A model generated the notes under the pieces. That model was not told the origin of the DNA. It saw nothing but the letters and a program-made list of their open reading frames with translations, and did no database searches. From Phoronis australis (lineage: Eukaryota > Animalia > Phoronida): a DNA stretch of 64,000 nucleotides. Each line of letters begins with the position of its first letter. The stretch's first letter is position 1. The DNA is taken from NCBI GenBank assembly GCA_002633005.1, contig NMRA01000092.1, forward strand, positions 975,898 to 1,039,897, in the 5' to 3' direction. Below, piece by piece: positions 53,000-64,000 of the stretch. Position numbers and translations under genes: made by a program.

Positions 53000-54279
53000 T
53001 TACAATATGATAAAAAAACTTAGAAAGTGACTGTTCCAAGCATGGGGTTTACTTATTTACGTCAGAGATACGATTAATATAACCATTGTTGAAATGATTA
53101 ATAATAATAATAAGACATGCGAAGGTTTAGTAATTAAAGTCAAACTGAGCAGTGGTAAAAATCATATTTTACATATATAGAGCCCCGTGGAACGCAGAGA
53201 GACACTTTGGTGACTTCGTGTTTGACTTTATTTCAACTGCTAAAAAGTGTGACTTTTTGATAGCTGGTGACTACAATGTCAATTTACTACAAACTTTCAG
53301 TGATACAAAATTAGGTATTTTTACCATGTAGGGTTAAACTTGTCTTTTCTTCCTGAGATAACCTTCACTTCTTGTCTCACCAACATGTGTACTCTTATTG
53401 AACAGATTTATACAAAATTCTCTCCAACCACTGACATGTCCGAGGCTGGTACACTGTTAAGTAATTTATCGGATCATTTCTCCATATTTTTGTCTCAATA
53501 TTAATAACAAAAGTAAACTTCATCAATCGAAATTTATTCAGATAAAGTAAAGACAATCTCATACCAACTAATTTGGCTTTTATTGACTTTAAATCAGTCT
53601 TAGATAACGATTTATCTCAAAATCCTAACAACAATTATTGTCAATTAAGAACAATTCTTTAAGATTTGGTAAATAAACATTTTCACTCCAAAAAAAACAA
53701 ACGTTTCAACAAGCATAAACATAAACTCAACGACTGGAATACATTGGACATATTAAAATCAATAAAAGTGCCCGACAAATCTATAAAAAATGACAACGAC
53801 ACCTTCTGTTTCTATTTTTTCTCACATTTATTCATTCAAACTTCGATATTATAACAGCAAATTTGATCTGCAATAAAAGAAGTATGTACTATGAAAAACA
53901 GTTCAAACAGCACAAAAATGATATATGCCAAACTTGTCAAGTCATCAAAAACGTAATTTCTAACTCATCCTTCGGAACTGTTCTCCTTCAGTTTATCATT
54001 TCTACTGCATCGCGACACGTAATTGATAAACAGCTATAGCCGACCAGTTCAACAGCTATTTTATTAACATTAGTAAGAATTTGGCTTCCCAAATACCGAT
54101 ATGCAATGAACATTTCGAAAATTATCTTGACGGTTCCCCTGACTCCACCTTTAAATTAAAACCGTTGGTGATGTCGAAGTACTAAAGGTAATGAAAAATC
54201 TAAAATCAAAATCTACTACAGACAGTGATGACATATCATGCTCATTTATCAAAAAATATTCTAACTTATGCAAATCAAT
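53000..54279 (+). mobile_element. Decayed CR1/L2-like LINE (APE endonuclease and linker), truncated by an Academ-like terminus
   Basis: IYRAP, IAGDYNVNLL, TLIEQIYT, LSDHFSI, FNSYFINISKNLA in order. Confidence 0.8.
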
Positions 54280-56482
54280 TAGTCCAGGCCCTTAACCCGA
54301 AAACGTTTACACCTCGGATTAAAGCAAGAAATTTGACACACTGGTACTTTTTGACATGCTGAATCTCATGGCGGTCGGTTGCCCAAATTTTGAGGTCAGG
54401 GTCAAGGTCAAATCTTGAAAAAACAAAATGGCCGCCAAGTAACACTTCTTTGGTTGCTTAAAGAGGTGATCACACATTTTAAGGCTAGGTAATGGTACTT
54501 TCTTAACTAGAAATCTATCAAAATGACATTGCAATATATTTTCCTTATAATATGAAAATCTCTCATTTGCATAAATCCAATATGGCGGCCAAAATTTAAC
54601 TAACCAACTACAATTGGTCTGTGTCTCTCTGCCATCCAAACCCCTCTGGACCCCTCTGCCGGCATGATCTGAACTTTTGGGGGAAAGCTCCTTTTGTAAA
54701 GTATTGACCTGGCTGGTTTCGGCTTTTCGATGATAAACGAGACATGTAAATGTCATTTGTTTTGAACTCCTGACTGTCGATGGTGAGTTGGTGAAAGGAA
54801 TTAAAATTGCCGGCATGAGAATGCCTGAGTAGCTTTAGGGTTAGCTTTCCATGTCTTCCATGCTGTTTTCTTTCCTTCTCCATAGAACTGGGATGTTGTT
54901 CCGACCCTGTTAAGGCACGAAACTGGTAGAGCTACACACAAATCGTACCCAAGCTGGTCAAACACGCTACTGCCAAGAGCTCCCGCGCGTTCTTTCCACT
55001 GAGCTTTAACCACTACGTGTACTAGAATTGCTGGCTGCAAAGCCTTAAACTAATCAAAACACCAATAAGAACGACCGCAACATCAGCATCCACTGTAGTA
55101 ACTAGTATTCTCTGATTACTTTTGATCAAACGTCTGCAATGTACAAGCCCATAGGGGTGTCCAATTCCTCATGATCGCACGGTGGTATGTCAGAACCAGA
55201 TAAAAAAAACAGACTGGTCGTAGGTAACATATATATCTTGTTCTGGAGAACAGGCGATTGTCAAACAATTCCTCTTAATTCTTCGAGTTTTGCAAGAAAT
55301 TCCGGAAGTTCAGGGACAGTCGCATTTGGGGTGAAACTTTGGCAAGGTCACTTGAACCTCTATCAGGTTTTGCGGTGGCCTTCAAGCTGCCTTCGGTGTA
55401 AGCATCTGCAAACAAAATGTCAACTTTACTACAGTTGTGAAGTTTAGAATATGCACACAGAACTGTCTGATTAGTTTGGAGAAAAGCTGTGCACAATAGC
55501 TGGTTCATCAAAGACTTTGACATCGACGGATTCAGGAACATCTGGATGAGGAAATTCCAACATGTTAAGTAACTGTGACTTCTGTGAAGGTAAACGGAAA
55601 CTGCCGTTTTGGTTCAGGGATGGTGGTCAAGAATGATTCTCATGCATAAGAAAATCATCCAGTTTAGCTTCTAGAAATTGACTAGCTACAAAAAGCTGAC
55701 TAAGCTGCAGTCTTTCTTGATGTCATCCATGCGTTGCTGAGTTGCTCTTATTCCTTCCCGCTATAGCTTTTTTGAAAACAGCAAACTTGTATTTTCTTGA
55801 TAGGAGTCTTTATTGGTTGTGACTTTACAATTAGGACTGTTTGCTTATAGTTGTCATATTGCTATTTTCCAGTCACTTCGATAATCTGAAGACTTGTAGC
55901 GTATCTATCGCCATAAGTTTATCACCATGGACAAAGAAAGGGTTTCTCTTGGCTGAAATTACATCTTACACCACACAAACTGTTCACATGGTTTTTAAAG
56001 TTGTTCTGGAAGGATGTCCTGTCTTTCTGGTGGCTTGTCTCCTCACTATTGTCTTCAAAACGCTATTGACAATCAAACTCAGTCACCAACCAGGCTAGCT
56101 CGCTCCCAAACAATATTTACCCTGTCAAGCGTTTGGATTTTCAGTTAATCCAACAGCCCCATCACTGTCTTTGACTAAGGTGGTTTTTTGTTGATCCGCT
56201 TGGTCAATTGCAATATTCCCAGTCAATACAACGCCGTAGTCATTTTGTAAACGTTGCTTTTTTACAGTCTTCGCCCACACTTGTTTTTTGTTTGTGTTAC
56301 GCCGAACTGCATCTTTTTGCGTTTTTAAATTTCCTCACGGGTCTCCTATCACGTGCCCGTGATGATGGGATAGTGAATGAGTTGTTGCACCGAAGAGTTC
56401 TTACTCGATCCGGAGATTTTATTTTCACGGTATTAACCCTTGCAGTAAACACGCGAAATACACGGAACTTTATGTCCTAAGC

Positions 56483-56897
56483 CCACAGACTTGGAAGGCT
56501 CTAACTTCGAAATCATATGGTTACGATTTCCACGAACTTAGACAGTGACATCAAACACGGAATGACCATTGTTAAGGCTACTACCAATTTTAGCTTTGCG
56601 CATTCATGCATCGGTGACGGTAAAATTTGCTCTAGTAGTTACAGTAGTTACGTGGTGAGGAGGTATTTGTCTCTATACGCGGCATCTGTNCCACGGACTT
56701 GGAAGGCTCTAACTTCGAAATCATATGGTTACGATTTCCACGAACTTAGACAGTGACATCAAACACTCAATGACGATTGTTAAGGCTACTACCAATTATA
56801 GCTTTGCGCATTCATGCATCGGTGACGGTAAAATTTGCTCTAGTAGTTACAGTAGTTACGTGTTGAGGAGGTATTTGTCTCTATACGCGGCATCTGT
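56483..56897 (+). repeat. 208-bp near-identical tandem duplication joined at a single N
   Basis: Two copies with a few substitutions; n at 56690. Confidence 0.9.
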
Positions 56898-58541
56898 GCG
56901 CGAATCTTTGGTAAAGCGAATGCGATGTCGAAAGAAATGAAAGAAAATACACCAAGGTACACTTTTTGAGAAGCAAAACGTCTGGTGATGTTTATAGCGC
57001 ATGATCTGGCCTCCATAGGTAGTAACTGACGCTAAATGACATCTGGCAACTAAGGCTCCAAAATAAAAATATCATGCTTGTATTGCCCCCCCCCCCTTCT
57101 GCCCGGGATCTGTACCTTCCAATGAGTGACCACGCCAGGTTTGGTTCAGTTTCAGACCTACAGTCGCAGAATCATTCTTCTGTGGTCAGCTGTAACGAGG
57201 CCTACAATTTTTTGGGACGGTGCTTACTCTTAAAAAAAATTCCAGCATGAGAGCGCTGTCAGAAATGCCAAGCACATGCAGCGTTGTAAGACAGAGACGT
57301 TTTTGTTTCCCTATGTCCACAGAAGTGTTTTGAGCTGCGTGTAGAACGGTTCATTTCGTTTCTCTACACGACTGTGGGAAACACGGTGTTTTGAAAAAGT
57401 CCATTTTTGAGGGCATTTTCAAAAATTAACATGTTTGGTTGATGCATTCAGTCAGTGCCACGTCGTGCATCAAATGAAGGTGAGAGTTGCCGGTTCCGTA
57501 CCAGTTATCATCGTCATACCATGTCATTTCCCGCCAAACTACGGCCAGTCAATGAATGTATATTGTGTTTATTGAAATACCTTTAGGCAATCATTAGTTT
57601 TAGAAGAATTATTAAAGTTTGACTTGTGGCAACATTGCGTAGCGTTTTAAGACGCATGTTCATATTGACGTCATTCAGCATTTAATTCCAAAATCCAACA
57701 GCGCCAACACCACGGATATTTGTCAATTTTGATATATGTAACCCTTCTCTTGTTGCAACAACTAACTACACATGGTTTCTAGAACGTTCTAAAGTTTCAA
57801 TTTACGTTGATCAATTATAACAGACGAAACGTGATGTAATTACAGAAATTTATAAGCAGTAATAGAATCATGGCTGCAGGACGGGATTAAACTGGAACCC
57901 TCTGGTACAACACTTCGGGGCGGCAGGTGGCACCAGTGGATTATTAATTAAAATGCGTTTTAATTACCTGACTTACTTGAATGAATCTATGAAATATTTC
58001 TGATGCTAAAATGTTTAGTGCCGATCATCACAAATTGGGTCGCCTCTCCCTCCTCTTCTCCGGAGAGGGTTCCGCCTAAGCCCCTCAGGATGTTCACAGA
58101 AGTCCGTGCCCTGACTGTTGCATACTTCTGTATGCGTTATACATTGCTCCTTGCTAGTTCAAAGGCTTAGTTTTGCCCCTTATATTTACCGGCAATCTTA
58201 ATGAACTCGTTCGTAAAAGTTCGTCTTCTTCACTGTCTTAATCATATTTTCTAAACTTAGAATACATGTAAGTAATACTTGTGTAAAAATCTTGCACCTC
58301 CATTTTGGTTGATATGAATTCTGATGAAACTGATCATCGTTTACGGATCGTTTTTGGTCCATGAAAAAAAATTCGTATAAATTAGCCTACTAGGGCTGAT
58401 GAAAAAACTTAGATCTTATATTACACCTTTCGTTAATATTAATTCTTATCAACATCTTATAGCCATACCATTCTTAGAAATAGTCGAAATTAATCTATTG
58501 TAAAGAATCATTTGTAATAAATTTTATAACCATAATTGATT

Positions 58542-58630
58542 GTGTACAACTGTCGTGCACGCGCAGACATAGTGCCGGCCCTGTGTACACCTGTCGTGCA
58601 CGCGCAGATATAGCGCCTGTGTACACTTGT
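58542..58630. repeat. Three-copy ~30-bp minisatellite (tgtacac.tgtc.tgcacgcgcaga.ata)
   Basis: Visible tandem units. Confidence 0.85.
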
Positions 58631-59929
58631 CCTGCACGCGCAGATATACATGTATATAGAAGGACAAAGGGACATTTCCTCCGAACTGCTCCACCGAGAG
58701 ATGGTACCATCTGAAATGGGACACCTTAAGATGAAAGGCTAAACATCGTTAAGCTTGGAAAAACGTGACAGTTCATTTCACCCTCGTGTGGTCCCAAAAC
58801 GATGCAGGGAGTGACCTCCTCCACCATGAAAGCACGATTTCACAAAAAAAAACAGGAAAATAGAGGTAATCGATTCCAACATTGGCCCTTTCACCGTGGG
58901 CGGCCCCGTTAGAATTTCTTAATAAAAACACAAAAGATGGCCTCTTGCATGTCGTCAATGGCCTCCCTCAAAGGCGAGGCTCCTAAATATGAAAATTTCT
59001 ATATTTTCAAATATCAGGAAATGCACAGCAATTGATGTTATCTGTCAGGTCATCAATTTTTCTCAAGTGATATACAGTTTCGAGAACAAAAATAAAGCAA
59101 AAGATGTCTCCGTTATCCCTTACCAGAGAGGGGCCTCTAGAAAAATATAGTTTTGCATTCGCAAAATTGACAGATTGAATCTAAACATCCATTAAATTAG
59201 TACGCTCTGCAAAAGCTTTGTTTTACAAATTCTCTCTTTCGTTTAGACTATCTGTGCTGCAAAAGCTAAGACCCTAACGACAGTGTCCTGGCCAGGGTTC
59301 TCAAAAGGTAAACCATGCACTGATGCAGATTTGTTAAATATTCTCTTGAATTTTCTTTTATCCGTTTTTCGCAGTCTTTATTTTCTCGACTGTCCCTGGC
59401 ACCACGCCTATGTGGGTTGCCACGGTTTAACCCAGACGCCTGAAAATTTTTGCGGGGGCCCGTAAAACATTTTAGAGTTGATTTAATGCATATTCATACT
59501 AGTTTGACAGTTTTTCTCAGCCAGAGAAAACAATTAGGCTTATTTTTCATTGAAAATGTATATGCTATATTAATTAGGATAATTGCCATCGTAAGTGTCA
59601 GGAAAATTACTTTTTTACTTTTAACTTATTTGTACAAGTTATTAACATTAATTTTAAATCAAAATAAAGCCTCCTGCTTATCACCTGAAACAGTAATGAA
59701 ACAGATATTTCGTCTGAAGCCATTTCAAAAAAATTACCCACATGACCTTTGACCTAGATTTGACCTTGACCTTGACCTCAAATTTCGGGCAACCGACCCC
59801 CATGAGATTCAGCGTGTCCCAAAGTATCTGTGTACCAAATTTGGTGCTTTAATCCGGGGTGTAAATGTTTTGGGGTTTTTGTCTGCTAAGGGACCGGACT
59901 ATATGTTCTTCACACGAAGTGGTTCAGCA

Positions 59930-61330
59930 TGTTATTGTGATGTAATGCAACATCCTGCACAGTTGCATAGGTCTGTGCATGGTAGAGAAACTGTGTAACA
60001 TTTATACAGTGGTCTATAAAATGTGTTACATCCGTATCTAATGAGTTATTTACAAGCAGCATCTGGTAGCAGAGACCCTAGTGACGTCCACCGACCCATT
60101 CTCTCTCTCTTTTGCGCAGCCCCAGTCATCACGTTTTGGAAGTTGTTATTGTGCAAAGAGGGCTTGCTTCCAAACATATCCTGCCCAGTTAATAGCCCTG
60201 TTCACGTGTTCTCTTCAGGCTGCCTCAGTACGTTAATGGAATTGAATCTATTTGTCGTTCTTTTGCAAACATAATCTTCCGAAAGGTGTTAACCTGGCAA
60301 CAGTTGTCCTGTCATATAAAATTTATCGAACAAATCGTTACAGAATATGAAAATCTTCACCAGAAACTGCGATTGGCTTGCTTGACAGATTGTGAAATGT
60401 TGCTGTTGCTTCACAGAACGTCTGCCGAGTGTCCCATGTTTTTTTCTTTCCAATGAAACCGAATGACGATGCAGCCAGATGTCGCGTGGAAGAAAAGAAG
60501 CGACTTTGACTTCATGTGTCCAAGAAGTGATGCAATATCGTGAGCTGGGACAATTTTGTATCTTTTTAAAACTCTTCAAGCGGAGTGTCAAAAAGCGAGA
60601 AATTGCTAGCACCACCGCATCAGTGTCCACTGTTCGGATTAGCAATTTTCAGCATCTGCTACTTGAACAGTAGAGTCCGTGCACGTACAGTTTGGTTTTG
60701 TATTTTTCGTGGTTACACCGAACAATCATGTTGACAGTATTGGGGGCCTCATTGGAAACAAGTCTGTTCCCTTGAGTGGAAACTACAATCTTCCCTGCGG
60801 TATCAAGCGTTTGGTGGAATTGGTGTTGAGCGTCTCACCTTCACACGACTGCCGGACCCACCATTTTCGTCGATTTGTACTTTTAAGCCGTCAGCTTTGT
60901 GGACGTTCCAATCCACGTCTAATCGCTCAACGTTTTCAAGGCTTCTCACGATGTAGGGCAAGAACACACTTTCAACATGTTCACGCATGGGTTTGCAATC
61001 TTAACGTTGCAACATATTAACAACCACCGATCCGTCAAAGATTTTGCCATCAATACCAACTGATTCGTGACAGACGAAGTTGACATCTTTTCCAATACAG
61101 ACGATTAGGTCTGATTTAACACATTGACTTATCTCACCTATTTCTGGCAGTGAACGCGGCGATGGCTGGTTCTCGTATTTGAAAAACTCTTCAAGGCCTC
61201 CTTCTCTGGACTGCCAAGAATCGTACATCCTGGAGAGAGGACTGCAGTCGTTTTTTAACCCCTTAGCCCTAAAGGCTGTCTTTGAGTGATTTGGTAGGAG
61301 TCGCGTTTGTTCTCAGGAATTATGTCCGAC
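59930..61330 (-). mobile_element. Second AcademX-like transposase pseudogene fragment
   Basis: Minus-strand EFFKYENQPSPRSL, KSDLIVCI, IFDGSVVVNML, LIRTVDTDAVVLAI and Cys-rich end LPCTDLCNCAGC. Confidence 0.7.
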
Positions 61331-61812
61331 ACCCGTTCAGATGCTGTTTCAATTCGTTCGTTGACGTAATTGTTTTACTAGGTATTTCCCACGGTAGCGG
61401 CTAATGCGTGCATGCCACAGGGAAAACACTCTTTTTCGTTCAAACAAAGTCTACTGTAAAAGAAAAACACAACGCTTTACGGTAATATATAACACTAAAA
61501 GGCTTGAAACAAGTAGCCCCAAAATTTTCCCACTTTTTAAAAACGTGAACGATTCGCCTTAAAATTGGCCTTAAGTGTCTAGACTATAAGGAGTTTTCTT
61601 GTACTGGCATTTCGCTGCAGTTGCTTAAAACAACTCGCTTTGGTAGAACGTGGCAACATCCGAAAGGAATATCTCACACCTTCACGCTACTGCACGTTAA
61701 CGCATTGTTTCAAACGTTAAAGAGACTACAGCAGCGATTTGCACAAAAGAAATGTTCCAATCTGCTTAAGTTGAAAACAGTACAGATCTTTTTCTTGAAT
61801 ATCACCTTTCAG

Positions 61813-63711
61813 ATTGCCAAGACGACTTAACTGCTGAATTATCTCTCTTCGGATTCAAATTCAAGTGCTCAAAATACGTCGACATCTATCCACGCGGATG
61901 CTTGAAGAAAGAAAGCGTATTCGAGAAATGCTGTGCTTCGTGTCGAAAGCTGGTGAAGTACTTTGACTTAAAATTACAAAAACCCGTCTCATTCAGAAAG
62001 ACTTGAAAAGACCTTTTGAAAATAATTTGGTCTTTAATTACCAATTTTAGGAAGTTTATCTCAAATTTAAAGGCATGTAATGTAAGTTTAATTGCTAATG
62101 TTCATGGATACTTTAAACCTTTTTTGATAAGTCGATCTGGTTTGTTTCAGTTGTGGTAACCAAGATGCACCCTGCGAATTCGTCATCGAAGAAACTAGAA
62201 ATGTGGTTCCACGTGTTACATTAAGTACTCGTGTACAGTTTACCGCTCGCCATTAAACTTAAAAACGGGGAAATAAATTAAATTCTTCACCAGACTGGTC
62301 GTTTTCCATTTTGTCTACTCATCCGTATAACCAATGACACGCACCCACACTCATCCAACCGCTGGGAGATATATTCAGTAAAAACTTAGCTAGTTGCACT
62401 TCTCAGAACACGACTGGTTGTAACAATTACTAGAAGACAGTCGAGTCTCCCAAAAATATCCCGTTGCAGCTACGCCAATGTGGGCTGGTGGTACAGAATT
62501 CGACTTCTTTAAACGTCAAGGCTCCGACTTGTCAACGAGAATTATTTGGTCGTTCCAACATCCACATGTGGGCACGAACGATTATTTCAACTTTGGAACT
62601 CTTCGACTGTTATGAACGTTGCTGTTGGGTATTGAATAACCTATATTTCCGAATGTTTTTTGGTAATAATCACCTAAACTGTGATTATTCGTGTAAGTTA
62701 TATGTTGCCAGCAGACTCTCTACTTTCGTACTTACTCAGCGTAATGCATACTTACACTTAATTATAACCTTAAGCATCGATTTCTTAGAAAAAATACCCA
62801 GTGTTTGGTAAAGATGGCTTGACAATTTCACGTGCTTTTCCTAGTCTTGTATCCGTTTATTTATATCAAGTAGAGACAACACACCACGGCAAAGTACTGA
62901 GAGTTTTGCTTATCTCAGAGCCTTACTTCCGCTGGAACACCTACCACGGTGACCATGCCACTTGCTGCAGACAACGCCATGCGTGCGGCTCAATCGAGAC
63001 AATGTGGTCAGTTTAAAAATTAAAATTTCTCCCTTTGATAAAATTGTGCTCGCGTGTGTTCGTAGCTGATCAAGACATATCTTATTCTCAACACTGCATT
63101 GATGACTGACTGCAGTTCAGTCTCAGTGATCATATTTTTCTAATCGTCATTGAAAATGACGCTAATCAAAGTTCAATTCTTGTTCCTCAGCCTCTGTACA
63201 AGGTCCCATGCAGTACACATTGGTAACTCATCAGCCGAACCATCACCCATTACCCGTTACCAGCAATTTCAAAATTGTGAATAGAGTGCAGACTCCTCAA
63301 CAGCCGTCATCATTACCAATTACCACTAGGGGTCGCCCGCCATCAATGTCCGTCAGAACAAGTAAGTCGGAATGCTTGTAACTTAAGCGGCGAATTTCAA
63401 GCAGTGCAAACTCAGCAAAAACATTTAGTCATGTGAAGATGAAAGGAATAGAGTTAAAATTAGTAGGCTCTAATAATGAATTCTTAAACTACAAAATTCC
63501 GTAATAAATGTGTTTATTAGTGCAGAATCAGAACAGTCTCGTGTACCTTTTTTACTTCTGTTTTAGCCAACTTCCAAACATTCAACACCCAAGGGCGTCA
63601 AGTTCTGTACACGCCGGCTTACCCTGCCGCTAAACACGCCCTGCAGACCACCAACAGAGACCAGGTTGGTCTGCCAGATAGAGGGCTGACTGTCACGTCT
63701 GTGACACAGAG
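61813..63711 (+). CDS. Partial multi-exon gene: PLAC/ShKT-like six-cysteine domain followed by an S/T/P/Q-rich region
   Basis: join(61813-61957, 62151-62224, 62470-62567, 62919-63006, 63191-63361, 63567-63711); AG/GT bounded, phase-compatible and stop-free. Begins CQDDLTAELSLFGFKFKCSKYVDIYPRGCLKKESVFEKCCASC. Some donors are weak, and the last donor could instead follow 63664. Confidence 0.7.
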
Positions 63712-64000
63712 GTAATTAAGACTCCTTTTTATAACGATCTCGAGTTGTCTGGCATTGTCGGTTAGCATATAAGCATCACTGTCGAGTTGTAGCTCAATCG
63801 ATGTTTGGTTTAGTCTAAATACACTTACTGTACTTCGTCCGTGAAATAATTGGTTCCGCAAAACTTTTGAAAATGAGCGCTCGAGCAGATATATTGCATA
63901 ATCGAACACCCAAAACTTGTGAATAGCTCCCCTTATAAAAACCACCACTAGAAGTCTTTCGGATAAGCCTAATACAAGGTCACTCATTTAAAGCTTGTGG

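Larger units (their letters stand above)
54280..59901 (-). mobile_element. AcademX-like DNA transposon remnant bounded by ~140-bp imperfect TIRs (TAG...CTA)
   Basis: TAGTCCAGGCCCTTA...gtcaaggtcaaatc vs reverse complement of 59757-59901. Internal minus-strand XPG-like motifs CDHEELDT, VDADVAVVL, TTSQFYGEGKKTAWK. No TSD, so the two ends may come from different copies. Confidence 0.7.

Noticed and set aside
56483-56940. Tandem 79/71-aa ORFs (MVTISTNLDSD...) as a duplicated gene
   Set aside because: The 208-bp duplication is joined at a single N, most likely two alleles overlapping at a contig join; no recognisable protein.
63619-63987. 122-aa minus-strand ORF
   Set aside because: No recognisable motifs; it overlaps the better-supported plus-strand exon 63567-63711.

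Overview
Intron-rich, AT-rich animal genomic DNA, probably a protostome invertebrate (inferred from the CtBP tail ending SEVH); not prokaryotic. Most ORFs in the supplied track are spurious. Reading splice sites by hand gives two complete genes arranged head-to-head. MAEA (CTLH/GID E3 RING subunit; minus strand, 9 exons, 388 aa, 12455-26486) has a minor-spliceosome (U12) intron. CtBP (plus strand, 9 coding exons, 513 aa, 32264-45918) carries an N-terminal THAP zinc-finger DNA-binding domain, and candidate alternative first exons and acceptors could remove the THAP domain or the SUMO-site tail. Two partial genes missed by the ORF track lie near the edges: a minus-strand gene starting MSEWSFFSGCC (4970-5437) and a plus-strand chain of six exons encoding a PLAC/ShKT-like 6-Cys domain (61813-63711). 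The rest is decayed TEs (L1/Tx1, CR1, RTE and RNase H-bearing LINEs, a DINE-1/HINE-like insertion, hAT-like MITEs, AcademX-like remnants, an unclassified TIR element with an internal ~345-bp periodic array), small repeats and assembly gaps. All family calls come from recalled motifs; no database search was run.
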